Assembly: GCA_000388065.2 (NCBI GenBank)
Contig: KB932204.1
Strand: one strand, 5' to 3'
From: Fonticula alba ATCC 38817
Taxonomy: Eukaryota > Protista > Nucleariida
DNA length: 64,000 nt
Below the pieces are notes generated by a model. The model worked only from the letters and a program-made list of their open reading frames with translations, did not search any database and had not been told where the DNA came from. Positions 36,640-49,310 of the stretch are shown one piece after another. Position numbers and translations under genes: made by a program. Numbering within the stretch: position 1 is the first letter of the stretch; every line of letters starts with the position of its first letter.

Positions 36640-37616
36640 TGGTCGCCGTTAGGAGGGATACATCGGGGCAGGGGGGGGGGCGGGACGGGAAAGGGGCGGA
36701 ACGTGCGACCGGAGGATGAGAGGGGGCGGGGGGGGGAAGCGAATGCAAAAGCACAGGGAGCCAGGGACAATGGGGCGGAGGAGAGTTGCGTCGCGGACAC
36801 CCGCGCGCACCTGCTGCTTTCTAGAGTGCGCTTGATGAGGGGCGTGGCTGCCGGGGGGGGAGGGGGCCCGGGCGCGGCAGGCGGCTGCCCGGCGGGCGGC
36901 ACCAGGGAAGCACCCCGAGCGGCGGCGGCGGCGGCGGCTGCCGCCTTCGCACAGCGTGGCGTGCACCGGGGGCAGTGGTCCGGCTGGTGGCAGAGTAACA
37001 GGGCAAGATTACTCATGTATGGTGAATGTATACGCGGCTTTCCGGTGGAGAAAATCCGTCCGTGGGAGAGGGCGAGATATCCTTGCGGCGAGTCAGGGTG
37101 TCAATGAAAGAGGAATTCCATTTCGTCTGGCGATGTGGCGTGGAAGTTTCCCTCTGGGTCTCTTTCGATCGCAAGCAGGGGGGGGGAAGTGACGGGCATA
37201 CGCGTCTGAAAGGAAGAAAGAATCGTTTTAGAAGTGAGGTGGTCTTGGGGATTGGCTTTGCCCTGATCAACCCGGGGGCGGTGGGCCAGTGCGGGAAAAA
37301 GAAGCCACTCCGCGCCGAGGGGGTCTCGCTCGGCGGGCTTTGTCCATGGTTCTACTCTATCCCCCCCGGCCTGTCTCCCTGTCTCTCTCTCTCTCTGTCT
37401 CTGTCTCTGTCTCTGTCTCGCCCTGCCCCTCGCGGACACACGGTGCATGTTGCTCGAGTAGTCTTTGGGAATTTCAACCCATCCCGTGAGCAGCTTTACA
37501 CAGCATGAGGCAGAGGCCCGGACGACCTGGAGGCGGAAGGTGCCAGGAGCGGGGGAGCAGGACCATTCCGAGGGAATCCGGCAGTCGACTCCCGCCACCC
37601 CGCATCTTACAGCTCC

Positions 37617-37677
37617 AGCCCCGGCCCCGGCCCCGGCCCCGGCCCCGGCCCCGGCCCCGGCCCCGGCCCCGGCCCCG
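37617..37677. repeat. (GCCCCG)n hexamer repeat, about 9-10 units
   Basis: Read directly. Confidence 0.9.
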
Positions 37678-38431
37678 TGCCGAGCTCTCTCTGTCTCTCC
37701 TGCCCACTCCATCCACTGGTCCTCGGGTGGACGATCAGACCATGGTATGAGGGGGCGAGGGCGGAGAGGGGGCAAGAGAGTCCTCGGTTTTCCGCGGGGG
37801 TCTCTCGTAGGGGGGGGGGGGGGGGGGGAGATCGCGCACTCGCGCACGCGCTCCCAGGTCCAGGGATTTCCTCCCCTAAAAGTGTGTAACCGGTAGGATC
37901 TGGTCTCGCTTAATCGTGTGCCCCCCCACCCCCCCACCCCCGCACACAAACACATCTACACAAATACCCCGCTCGCCCCGGCGCCTTGGCCAGGCGGATC
38001 CTGCCTTGAAGCAGTGATTGTTGCCGATGAGTGCTCTTGATGCAGCAGTTCACCCACAATCCGCCCCGGCAGGGGGCGCCTCGCGAGCAGATAGTCCAGT
38101 TCTGATATAACATCAGGTGGCATGTTCCCGGGGTTTGGGCTCACATGATCGCACCACCCAGGGGAGCGTCGTCGCGTTTTTCCCCAGCTTTGTGCCTGAA
38201 GTGTGGAGTCCTCCGGTCCCTCTGCCGATGCCGGGCTTCCGCTTGGGAGGGTGCGCTCCCGTCCACCCGGCCTGCCGCCTTCCGGGCGCCTGGGTGTTGG
38301 GGCGGGTTTCTGGAGGCGGCCCTTTTTTCGGCGGGCCGGCCTCGTCATTCCGATCGACGGCGATCTGACTGGCACCTTCGAGGGGGGAGGAGGGGGGCGG
38401 GGGGCGCACGTACTGCCAACATTTGGCCCGG

Positions 38432-38540
38432 GGGACACACACGGACACCCATACGGACACACACACACGGACACACACACGGACACACACACACGGACAC
38501 ACACACGGACACACACACGGACACCCACACACCCACACAC
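38432..38540. repeat. GGACAC(AC)n compound microsatellite
   Basis: Read directly. Confidence 0.85.
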
Positions 38541-38839
38541 AAGCATGGGAGGGGGAGCAGGGTTGCAAGAGCCCAGGGGTGCGGCGGCATTTCCCGGATG
38601 CCGATCTTGATGGATATGCATGCATGCCCAGGGCGCCTGAGGGCGGGGGGGGGGTTCATCCGGCCCTGGCATGCGCCCATCCTCCCCCGGGCCCGGGGGC
38701 CACACGCATCTCCCCTCCTCTCCTGCCTGTTCCTTTGCCTCGCCGCTGCACTTTGCCCCCTCGCCCCGGTTGCCGCCTGCTCCTTGTTAGTCCTCCTGTC
38801 ATTTGAAACCCCCGGTCCGGTGTCTGTGCGGACAGAGGC

Positions 38840-40695
38840 ATGACGGCAGCCGGGCCCGCCTCTCCCGCTCAGTCCGCCACTGCCACGGGTGAGGACCAGC
38901 TGCCTTCGCCATTCAGCGAGGACCAGGGCGCTTCTCTGCCGGCTGACCCGAGCACCAGCCTTTCTGGATGGTCGGCTTCTGAAAGTCCGGCCTCGCCATC
39001 ATCGCCGGCTGTCCGGCAGGAGCCCCATCTTCCGGCGACTGCCCAGCAGCCGGTCTCCTCGCCGGTCCCGGCTCTCGAGGGCCCTCTTTCCCCGTCCTCC
39101 CCCCGCAGGACCGAGCGCCCTCCGCCCCTGCGGAGCGACGCCCGACTGTCGCGTCCGCCATTTACGGCCGATGATCGTCGAACTTTGTCATTGTCGCCGC
39201 CGCCGTCGCCCCCGCCACCAGACGATCTCGCCCACACCTTTGGCGTGATCCTCCCTCCCGAGCCGGAGGGAGAGGCTCCGGACATGGCCCACTTGAGGGA
39301 GATCCTCGATTCCACATCGTACGCATGCACCTCCTCCAGCTGGGTTCCACCTGACTCGTTCTTTCCCCGCCGAGCCGTCGCCGCCTGTGTCTTGGGCTGA
39401 CTGTGGTTTCCTCGCTCGGAGTAGCTTTGACCGGCTGCTGGCCGATGCCGCCTCCTCACATGTGCGACACATCCTGGCCAAGCTCCTCCCTGGGACACCG
39501 GCCCCGGTGGTGCTGCCCGGCTCACCGCCATCGCCACGGCCACCATCGTCACCCCCCCCATCGTCGATCGAGCCCCTCCCGGCAGATGCGGCGCTCAACT
39601 CGCCCGCCGCATCCTCTCCCCTGCCTGCGATGCCGATGCCCGAACTGGGAGCATCTTCCTCCGACTCGGCCACCCTCCTGGACCATGCTGCCTGGGGGTT
39701 CGGCTTGTCTGTGGACTGCGCCCAGGAAGATGAGGACGATTCGGTGGACGCGCGCACGCATGTCCTTGTTGCGGCCATCGCCTCGTTGCCTGGTGGCCCG
39801 CCGGAGGAGGCCCCTCCGGCGGTGGTGTCGGGCTTGCCAGCCGATTTGGCCCTCGGGCGCCTTGCCTTGCCGGCCATCGAGTTTGATCGGTCGGTTTTGC
39901 TGCCAGCCATCCCCCCGGCAGCAGCTGCGGTCAAGGTCTCCTCGGCGGCCCCCTCGGCGGCCCCTCTGTCGGGGGCTTCGCCCGATCAGCCAATCAGCTC
40001 GGCAGTTGCTCGGCCTGGCGTTGCCGGGTCCACCCTGGGCAGTCAAATCAGCAAATTCTTTGCCCCCGCCGGCCCGGGGCCCCTCCCTGGAACGGGGCTC
40101 ATTTCATTGCTGTCCTTTACCCCGGCGGCCGGCGCTCCCGACGGGGAAACCTCCCTTGCTCCGTCCAGTCCAACGAGCGCGTCGAATCTCCTGGCCGAGC
40201 TGTCCGACGCCCTGCGAGTTCCGCCCGGCGAGACGCAAAGCAAGTCCCGGTCTACGGCGCTGACTGCGGCCGCGGCGTGTGCCCTGGCCGGGGCGGTCCT
40301 CCTCGGGCCCGGGACATTTGCGGTGCTGGGAGTTGGTGCAGCGGCCGCGGCCGCGGCCGCAGTGGCTGGCGCAGCTGTCGGGGCCGCCAGCGGCGTCGGT
40401 AGTGTGGCTGTTGTCGAGGCACGCCGTCGGCGCCTGGCCCCGGTCGAGTTGAAGACATTGTCCAGCTCAAATGGCCCCAGTGAAGTGCCCTCCTCCGATG
40501 ATGCCCCGAGCGGTGGCCATGCCGGGGCCAGCTCCCGCCCGGGTGACGATCCTGACCCTGCTGCTGATCCTGCTGCTGATCCTGCTGCTGATCCTGCTGC
40601 TGATCCTGCTGTCCCAGCTACTACCGAGAGTTTTGATCCCACAACAACAGCTGCAACAACAGCCGCAACAACGACGGCAACAGCAACCGCTGCTT

Positions 40696-40727
<32 letters not shown>

Positions 40728-42341
40728 AGCCCGGCACCCGCTGTGCCTCTTCAGATCCCTCCCGACGATCCTTCCGGCGATGCGATCGCTTCGATACCTT
40801 CTGCGCATGACAATCCTTCGAGCGCCACCGCCCCGGCCAGTCCGATCCCATCGTCGCCCAAGCCCGCCTCTCCGGGCCCGGGATTGGCCCAGTCCCCGGC
40901 ACTTGCCGGAGCCCTGTCATTTGAGATGCTTCTCCAGCGGACCGGTCTGACGCGCTTTTTCGGGGGAAGTTCCTCCTCCGCCACAAACTCGGCCACCTCC
41001 TCCGACTCATCTGGATCCTTGGCTGCCGGGTCTGTCTCGGTGAATGGCGATGGGCTGGTGGATGATCAGCCCGTCCGGGCGGTCATTCCCCCGGCGCCGC
41101 CCTTGCCGGGAGCCTTTTCCGATGCCGTCCACCTGGTCGGTCCGCTGGTGGACCCGGATCGAGCGGTAGGCCCCTTTTCCCAGGTAGCTGTCAGCAGTGA
41201 GCCCGGGCCACGGAGTACCTTCGCCCGGAGAGCCACATCTGCATCGGTGGACATCGGCCGGCCGACCGGGCCCGGGGCTGAGCCCTCTCCTGATGGAAGC
41301 CCCGGCGGTGCGCCGGCTGCCCTGGCTCGGTCGCTGGATGACAATTATTCCGGCCAGTCTCTCCTGACCGGGTCTGCCCTGTTGGGAAGCAAGGCATTGG
41401 ATGTGACGCCTCAGGCGGGCGCTTCGCCGGGAAGCCCTCCCGCGTCGCCGGGTCGCAGGCCAATGAGACAGGGAACACCGCGGTCACGAGGTCGTGGCCG
41501 TCGCGGAGGTGGGCCCGGCCCCCTGGTACCGCACACCACTTCCACCAGCCCTGATGTTGGGCCTGATGGGGCGCTTCTTTCCTTCGAAGAGGCCTTTGGC
41601 ATGTTCAGTGTGCCGGTGCGCATTGACTCGCGGCCCAGCTCGCCGCAGCCATCCGGCAAAACGCGCGAGGTCCTCTTTTCCGCCGATCCCGAGCCTGCTG
41701 GAGGTTCGACGCTCTCCTCCTCCTGGGAGGGCGAGGAGGAGGACGCGGAGGACGCGGAGGAGGAGGAGGAGGAGGCCACGAATGATGGCGAGCTGGCCAT
41801 TCCGGCGGAGGCAGTGGTCCATGTCCACCCATTGGAACCGACAAACCCGGTGACCGAGCATGCCCACCAGCGGGGCCATTCCTCCATGTCACCGGACCGG
41901 ACTGACGGGTCTCCGAGGCCCCTCTTGCGGATTCACACGGCTGTCACCCCGTCCGGCCCGGTCTCCCCCTCGTCATCAGGGCCCCCGTGTGTGCCCCTCA
42001 TGGCGGCCAGTGGCCACCCTGTCGCCGGGGACGACCATGCCTCCTCCCTGACAAGGCCCAGCCCAGGTGCATCTCCTCCCGCATCCGGGCCGGTGCTCGG
42101 CCTGTCCTCCTTCTCCCGGCATGGGACTTCGCACTTCCGGCGCCCCTCGGTCGGTGGCTTCCCCCTGCCCCTTTCCCCGGGCGGGGTCTTTGGTCGGTAC
42201 TCCTCGGATCGCCGTGCGATTGACGGATGGGACCCCTCCAGAGAGGGAACCGCCGCCCCCCTGATGCCTGGTGTGCAGCCTCCCTTCGAGGATGACAGCC
42301 CGCAGTCTGCGCTCAGCAGCGATGAGGATGCCTCGATGTGA
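38840..42341 (+). CDS. Hypothetical ~1130-aa Ser/Pro-rich protein with a central long hydrophobic segment; 2 exons (38840-39318, 39425-42341)
   Basis: A 106-nt intron GTACGC...GCTGAC...TAG (39319-39424) joins the two ORF-track frames in phase 2, giving ...EILDSTSFDRLLADAASSHVRHILAKLLP. Hydrophobic Ala/Gly/Val run at ~40255-40425. Confidence 0.75.
40548..40610 (+). repeat. 12-bp coding repeat (GATCCTGCTGCT) encoding DPAA, about 5 units
   Basis: Read directly. Confidence 0.9.
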
Positions 42342-42884
42342 GCAGCACGTGTCCTTGCGAGAGGGAAGCCCCAAATACACGTTTGTCCCTCTGCCCACTT
42401 GTTTTTTTGTTTGAGGGCCTCACGTCGCCGGGTTTTGCATTCGCGATGCCCATAGGGGGCATGCTCGTGGCCATGGGCATGTCCAAGATGGCATGCGCTC
42501 CTTCATGCATGCCGGGAGGCTTGCACATTCACACACACGGACACACACACACACACATGCACGCACATCAGGGAAGGGGGTCCGATTTCATTCTATTCGG
42601 GCGACAGGACACAGGCAGCGCGACAGGCATGTGGTCGGCGTGGGTGTGAGCGTGGGCGAGGGCGTGTGCCAGTCGCCCCCAAGGGGACGGAGAAAGGGGG
42701 AGGCAAGGATACATGTACAAAAAAGGCTCCCCCCTCGGTCTCACTGTTGGTCGTGTTCTTGTGGCTCTGGCATTGGACGATCAAAGGGGCGGGGAGGCAG
42801 ATGGGCCAGGAGGAGAAGGGCAAACTCGTATGCACACGGATGTGCGTGCAGCTATATAAAAAATGCGCACACATGCACGGGCCA

Positions 42885-45800
42885 TCAGCACTCAGCACGG
42901 AAGTGCTCCTCCGAGTCACTGTCCGAGTACTCGGACTCCTCGCCGGCCGAGGCGTCGTCATCCTCGCTGTCCGGCCCGACATCGCTGTCCTGCTCCTCCT
43001 CCTCCTCGCCAGAAGAGGAGCCCTCCTCCTCGTCGTCATCATCATCATCATCCTCCTCACCGCCCATCAGCTGGGAAATGGTGGCAATGAAGTGCCGCGA
43101 CATGGCTCCAGTGACCGACTTCGGCAGGGCCTCGGCGGTATCGAAGAAGTCTAGCCGATCGGCGTGACTGGACTGGATCCCACGCAGGAAGGTCGAGGGG
43201 GGCCCGGCAGCCGAGCGCACAAAGAGAGCCTTGCCGGCGGACTGTTTTTTTTTTCGCGGAGGGAAAGCCAATCGATGGACGTCATGGCGCAGGTGGACAG
43301 GCATCCGGCGTTAGAAGGGCCGCGGCGCATCGATCAAGCGGAGTGCATGCGAATAAAAAGCGGCAAAGAAGCAGGCGCGGGGAGGGACCAAACAGCGACC
43401 CAAGCATGAAGAGGCGCGTGGGGCCTTCGAGCAGCGTGGAAAGCGGGACGAGAGGCATCACAAAGGCACCCAGATGGCGCACCTTCTCCTGAGCACGGGC
43501 CAGCGGGTGGTTGGCCGGCGGGGTCCAGGCAGGGAAGACCGTCCGACCGCCGGTGGCGTCATACTTGGCCAGGAGTTCGGCCGGCGAGCCAGACAGCCCG
43601 GGCAGATCCCCGGCAATACGACTGGCCAAGGTGGCCACAGTCGGATGGAAGTTCTGCTGCATGATGGCCAGGTCCCACAGGGGGGAGGAGAAGGGGGCCG
43701 AAAGGTCGGGGTCATCGGCATCTGCGCGATACACACCGGCCGACGCGGCATTCGACTGCTCCGTATCCAGCAGAGCCCGAGTGCGCGGCCAGCGCCGGAG
43801 GAGGCTGTGCGCCGAGGCCACCAGCAACAGGGACTTGTTGGAGGAGGGCATCTGCGAAGCCACATGGAAGAGACGCTTGATGAAGGCGGCGATGCGCTCT
43901 TGGGAAACCTGTCGAAGGAGAAGGGAGGGGGCAGGGGGAGGAGGGGAGTGTGTTCAAGCGTGCGGGCCAGTCAAAGGGAGAGCGTGTGCGCACACGTCGA
44001 ACAGGCGCAGGGCAAGGGGCAGGGGAGGAGCGATGGTCAGGGCTGAGCAGGTCAGGCGAGGGCCAAGGGGGGGGGGTGCGGTCGAAGACGCACGTTCTTG
44101 GCCTTGTGCAGCATGGCATCAATGGCCTCCACCGCCAGGAGGACACTGTCATCCTGGGTCGATTCGCCGGTGTAGGACAGCCCGCCGGCGGTGAAGGGAA
44201 GCAGCGGCAGCAGGCGGAAGAGCACACTGTAGAAGTCCTTCAGATCCAAGTTCAAGGCCTCCAGGCCGTGGTTGGACACCAGGCGGAAAGCCGCCAGCAC
44301 GCAGTGAAGGGCATTGCGCGGGCTGATCGTGGAGTTGGCCGAGACCCCGGTCCCGGCGACGGTCGACGTGGCGGCCGGCAGCGAGGCCAGCGCCACGGAG
44401 CGAAGGGCAACCAGCAGATCCTGGAAGAAGTCAATGTTGATCAGGTGCGCATATCTTCAGCGCAACGGTCACAAAGGAGGCCCCACACGGCGCCCGGGAG
44501 ATGTCGGATGTCAGTGTCGGGGGGCGGAGGGAGTGTGCGTGCGCGTATGTGTGTGTGTGTGTGTGTGTGTGTATGGGAGGGAATGCGGGAGGAGGGGGGG
44601 GCGAAAGGGGGCGGGGGAGACGCACGCGCTAAGGCCCTCCAGCACGGTAGGCAGGACACGGCCCACCGGGCCAGCCACGCTGGACCCCGACGCGGCGGCC
44701 TGCTTGATCAGACGGAAATAAATCTGGATCACCATACTCAGGGTGTCGGTCTGCAGACGAATGCGCTCCTCTCGGCGGTAGGTGGCCTCAGACTCGCGCA
44801 GGTCACGATCGATCTCCTTCTCCAGCTTCTTGAGCTTGCGCTGCTGGCGAGACACATGCGGAGCAGCCTTCTTTCCCTTCTTGCCACCGGGGCCAGACTG
44901 GGTCTTGGGCTTGGCTGCCTCCACCAGATCCTCCGGCTTCAGCTCCTTCAGCAAGCGCAGAGACATGAGCAGACGGACCGCCGGGACGGGCACGCCACCG
45001 GCGGCGCCGGTGCGCGCGCGCACCAGTTTGGTCACAGCACGCGTGACATCGAGCGCCACATCGCCGAGCTCATCGGTCTTCAGGACCTCCAATAGGCTTC
45101 GCTCGGCCTCGATACCAATCTGCATCAGGGGCGGGGGGGGGGGGGGGGGGGGCGTAAGAAACCGTCGGGTCAGTGATCACGGCATGGCGGACGCCACATG
45201 GAGGGGAGGCGGCCCTGGGACAGAGGGAGTACGGTACCTCGGGAGGATGAGCAGTGCCCAGGCGGTTGACGATCGCAATGACCAAGTTGTTGCGGAAGTT
45301 GAAATGGGGCTTGGCCACCTATTTGGGGAGAAGGGCCAGGCGCGGGGAGATCGAGCGAAAGGCCGGTAAGAATGGGCGCGCCCCGCTCGGCACACCGATG
45401 GGCTGATGAGGGGCAAGGAAAAAGAAAACCCCCAAGACAGGGCGGAGACAAAATGGCACACGCACCAGGAGCTCGGCCATACAGCGGAAGGCCACGATCG
45501 ACAGCTGCTTCATGTCCTCGACGTCGCGAGCGGTGAGCGGGGCCCCGCCGGCCGAGGCGTCGCCCTCCGGCTCATTGCCAGCACGGCGGGCAAAGCGCCG
45601 CTGCAGACGCCGAGCAGCGGAGATCTCCGCCTCGCACTGGGCCAGGAATTGCTGGTAGTGCTTCAGCAGGGTGCTCTCATACATGTGCAGCTTCCGCACG
45701 TCCTTGGAGAGCTGTGTGTGCGTGTGTGTGTGTGTGTGTATGACAGCCCAAAGGGAGGAGCAGATGCAGGATGTCAGCAACCTGGCCCAAAGAAGAGCAG

Positions 45801-47550
45801 GGGGACAAGGAAGAAAGGAGGCAGGAGGCAGGGGGTATGCCAAGCCGGTAAAGGGGCGCACCTCCTTCGGGTCGATATCCTGCAGCAGGACCCGATACCC
45901 GGGAATCAGGTCCCGGAAGAGAGCAGCCATGGTGGCCAGGCCGAGCATGCGCACGCGCGGCTCGGCATCGGTGCAGATCTGCTTGACCTGCGCCAGTAGG
46001 CCAATATGCTCCTCCGGGAGCTCGGTGATGCGCATGGCCAGCGTGGCCAGGCACTCGCGCTGGGCCACGACCAGGCGATTCACCCCACCGGCGTCCAGGA
46101 TCTTGGACCGCTCCTCGGTGGTCAGGACAAAGGTCTTGGCCTGGGCCTCGGCTTGGCGTTTGGCCAGCTACGACAGGATGGCGGGAAAGAGATGCATTTG
46201 GTGAGCGTGGGAGGGAGCTTGCGAGGGCACAAAGGCGAGGCAAGACAGGGGGAAAGCCACCAAAAGGCAAGAAAGGGAAAGAAAAAAAAGAAGAGATACC
46301 TTCTCCTGAGCAATGCGCTCCTTCTCGCGCTCCTTGAGCTGGCGCTTCTCCAGACGCTTGGAGATGTGGCGCGGCTCATCGGCCGAGGGGGCAACTAGGG
46401 CCACAGGGGGCAAGTCAACATCCGAGAACATGGGCAGGGCAGGATGAGCACACATGCATGCGCCGGGACACCGGTAGACGTACCCACTTCCAGCTTCTCG
46501 GTCGGCACCATGATGGACCCATCGGCCGCCTTGACCGGCAGGCGGCCTGCCTGAGCAGCCTGCGGCCTGCTTTCCCACGAACGAGGACGATGGACAGCCC
46601 GGCTGTCATCGTCATCATCGTCCGTGTCATCATCCATGTCATCGTCCATGTCATCGTCGCTGCCAGCATCATCATCATCATCATCACCGCCGGATCCCTC
46701 GGCCAGATCGCCGAAGCCGGAGATGAGAGTCGCATCCGAGATGACCGGCGCCTCGACACTGGCCGAAGCACCGGCCTCACCATCATCATCATCATGACCA
46801 TCACCGACATCGCTCAGGTCGATGTCGTCATCGGAGGGCATGGCATCGAGATCGAAATCGGACAATTCACTCATGGTGAGATCCGAGAAGACAGCCGCGT
46901 CGTCGGGCACGACGTTGTCCATCTTGCGGCGCTCCGGGCGAATCATCTTGCCCTGCTCAACCTTCCTGAAAGTGAGGGAACCAGAAGGGGCAGAAGATGC
47001 CCGGGGACAATGGCCAGAGGTGGGGGTAAGTAGAGGAGCGCTCAAAGAAAAGGGGACACGGGTCGGCGAAGGGGAGAGGGAGGGGGGGAAAAAAAAAGAA
47101 GATGGAAGCATAGCATGACGTACTTGTCAAAATCCAGGTTCTCAAGGAAGCTCAATGAGGAGCCGGCATACTCGTCCAGCGCGGCGATGCCCTCGGCCAA
47201 AACCTCCGGGTCAAGCTCCTGCTCGGGCACGGCCGGCGTCTTGGAGTAACGCTCGCTGCGCTTGACGCCAGCATGCTTGGGGCGCTTGGCCGGAGCGTCG
47301 GAAGCCGAAGCGTCACCACCAGCGGGGCGCTTGGCGCCAGCCGGCTTCTTCGGCTGCTGCTTCGCCTGGGGCTTGCCCGGGGCAGACCGCTTTGAAGTAT
47401 CCGGGGCGGGGGGGAAGGAGAGCGAGTGTGATGGGGTGTAGGGGGGAGGGAGGGGGGGAGAAGGGAACGGGTAAGGCGAATGCGCCGGAGCATGTGAGGG
47501 CGGGGGACAGGGCGTACCTTCGCCGGGGGAGCAACCTTCCGGGGAGGCAT
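42885..47550 (-). CDS. NOC3: Nucleolar complex-associated protein 3 (CBF/Mak21 domain, 60S biogenesis); about 10 exons
   Basis: NOC3p-type region RECLATLAMRITELPEEHIGLL, LATMAALFRDLIPGYRV, LHMYESTLLKHYQQFL; KPHFNFRNNL; TDTLSMVIQIYFRLIK; AHLINIDFFQDL; FIKRL; GVYRADADDPD...SPLWDL. Start MPPRKVAPPAK at 47550. Confidence 0.92.
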
Positions 47551-48187
47551 CTTGGCAGGAGCTAATGCGCGCGGGGGATGGGAGAGAGCACCAAAAGGGA
47601 TCGGCTATGAGTGTAGAGGGGGGGGGGGAGATGCCGGCAGTTGCTCTTCGTTTGTCTGGATGGGCAAGAATGGAGGAGAAGAAGGGAGAGGAGGTAGCGG
47701 GAGGGGGGAGGCGGGGGGGGGGGGAGAGAGGGGGGGTGATATCCAGATGCCCGGAACGCCGGTGCGGGGTCCGAAAATGGCAGCCCATATTCGGGTGCAT
47801 CCCTCGGGGCGCGTGTGTGGGTGTGTGGGTGGGTGTGGCGCGAACGCGCGGGCACACATGGATCCGGACTGCCACCGGATGACCGATAACAAAGGCCGCA
47901 GGTGCCGGCGCTTCGACATCCCCCCGCCCCCGTGCCTGGCCCGGCGCACGGGAGAAGCAAGGGGCCTGTGGGCCAGGGGGGGGGGGGGCGGCCGGAGAAG
48001 AGCGAAACATGCTGCTGCTGTTGCTGTTGAGCCTGGGACAAGAGACAGGGCGCCAAGCTTGCCCCCCGGCTGGATTTGGGCAATATCTTCCTCCTCCCCC
48101 CCCCCCCCTCATCTCTTCGTTGTGTCCCTTCGGGCTGCCGCCATCCTCTGTTACCCTCTCACCCCTGGAACCCACACTCAATCCGCC

Positions 48188-48822
48188 ATGTCCCGCCTCC
48201 AGCAGGTGCGTCCCCCGCCCCCCCTCCACCACCACCACCCATGGGCGGCTTTTCTCTGAGGCTGGCTCCGCCGCGGACATCAGCACTGACTCCGGGCCTG
48301 CCGTCTTGCCCTTTCCCCTTCCCCTCCCCTCATCATTCTTCCGACGAACGACAGCTGTCGCGGCAGTACATGCGACACCATTCGTTCAAGGTGTTTGTCC
48401 TGGCCACGCTTGGCACCACGCTGGCCGGCCTGGCGGCCAGCAACCATTTATACACCGGCCACCGGATCTATGGCGCTCGGTCGCACATTGATCGGGTTCA
48501 CGACCGCCTTGTGGCGCCGGCCGATGAGGACGAGTTCCACATGATGACATACATCCTGGGGCGGACGTCGCGGTACACCGGCCTGGCTGGCGATGGCCTG
48601 GATATGGTTGATTGGGCGGCCATTGGCATCCGGCTGAACCATGTCCGGCTGGGGATCTATGCCGCCCATGCGTACTACGTGTCGGAGCTGCTGGGTGACA
48701 ATCGGCCTGAGATTCTGCGCGATTGGCGCCATCAGGCCCTTTTCACCTATGTCGCCCGCAAGGAGGAGATCAACGAGGATGATATCCTGCCACCGGTGAA
48801 GTCCGGGGCTACGGGGATGTAA
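48188..48822 (+). CDS. Hypothetical ~161-aa protein with one N-proximal hydrophobic segment (possibly mitochondrial membrane); 2 exons (48188-48205, 48355-48822)
   Basis: MSRLQQ|LSRQYMRHHSFKVFVLATLGTTLAGLAASNHLY. Intron GTGCGT...CAG. Typical high-expression codon usage. Confidence 0.75.
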
Positions 48823-49310
48823 GTGCCTTGCTGCGTCGCGCCTGTCGCGCCTCCCTCCCTCCTCTGCCCCTGGTGCGCAAGTGAAGGGCATGCGCGCGGA
48901 CCCACCACCCACAGAGGTGGCCAAAGAAAATAAAACCATACATAGACCAGGTTTGCACATGTGTCGGTGTGCGCCGGCCCCCCTGCCCGCTGCAAATCCC
49001 AACGCCGGGGTGCGGAAGGGGGGGGGGGGGGGGGGGAGCGGGGCAGGGCGATCGCGCCAGGAGCGGGCCAGTGCGGTGGCAGTGCAGGCAACTTGAACCC
49101 AGTTTGCGGCGGGCCGGCCCTGTTGACGGGCCGGGCCACACACCCTCACACACACACACACACACACTCACACACATACACACACCCGCCCGGGCCTCGA
49201 CGGTGGGGACTGATCTGGCACCTTGGCGTGGGCCCGTCTCCCGGCCTGTCCGCCCTTTTCCATTCCCCTCTTCCACATTTCCCACAAGCTCCACTGTCAA
49301 GACATCCATC

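Noticed and set aside
37076-37084. ATATCCTT resembling a U12 (AT-AC) donor
   Set aside because: No U12 branch site (TCCTTAAC) or linked exon was found; a single short match can occur by chance.
35041-37107. 688-aa plus-strand ORF antisense to the 740-aa orphan
   Set aside because: Composition (many G, V, H, Q residues) is typical of an antisense shadow of C/G-ending codons.
38005-38110. Possible box C/D snoRNA (GTGATTG...CTGA); a similar weak candidate near 1285-1335
   Set aside because: Imperfect C box, no terminal stem and no rRNA-complementary guide recognised.
39290-39430. Apparent +1 programmed frameshift between ORFs 38840-39400 and 39387-42341
   Set aside because: Explained by a normal 106-nt GTACGC...TAG intron with a GCTGAC branch site.
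39280-39500. Weak resemblance of EILDSTSFDRLL...LAKLLP to the Pex3 C-terminus
   Set aside because: Too short, and the overall architecture (no N-terminal TM, large disorder) does not fit Pex3.
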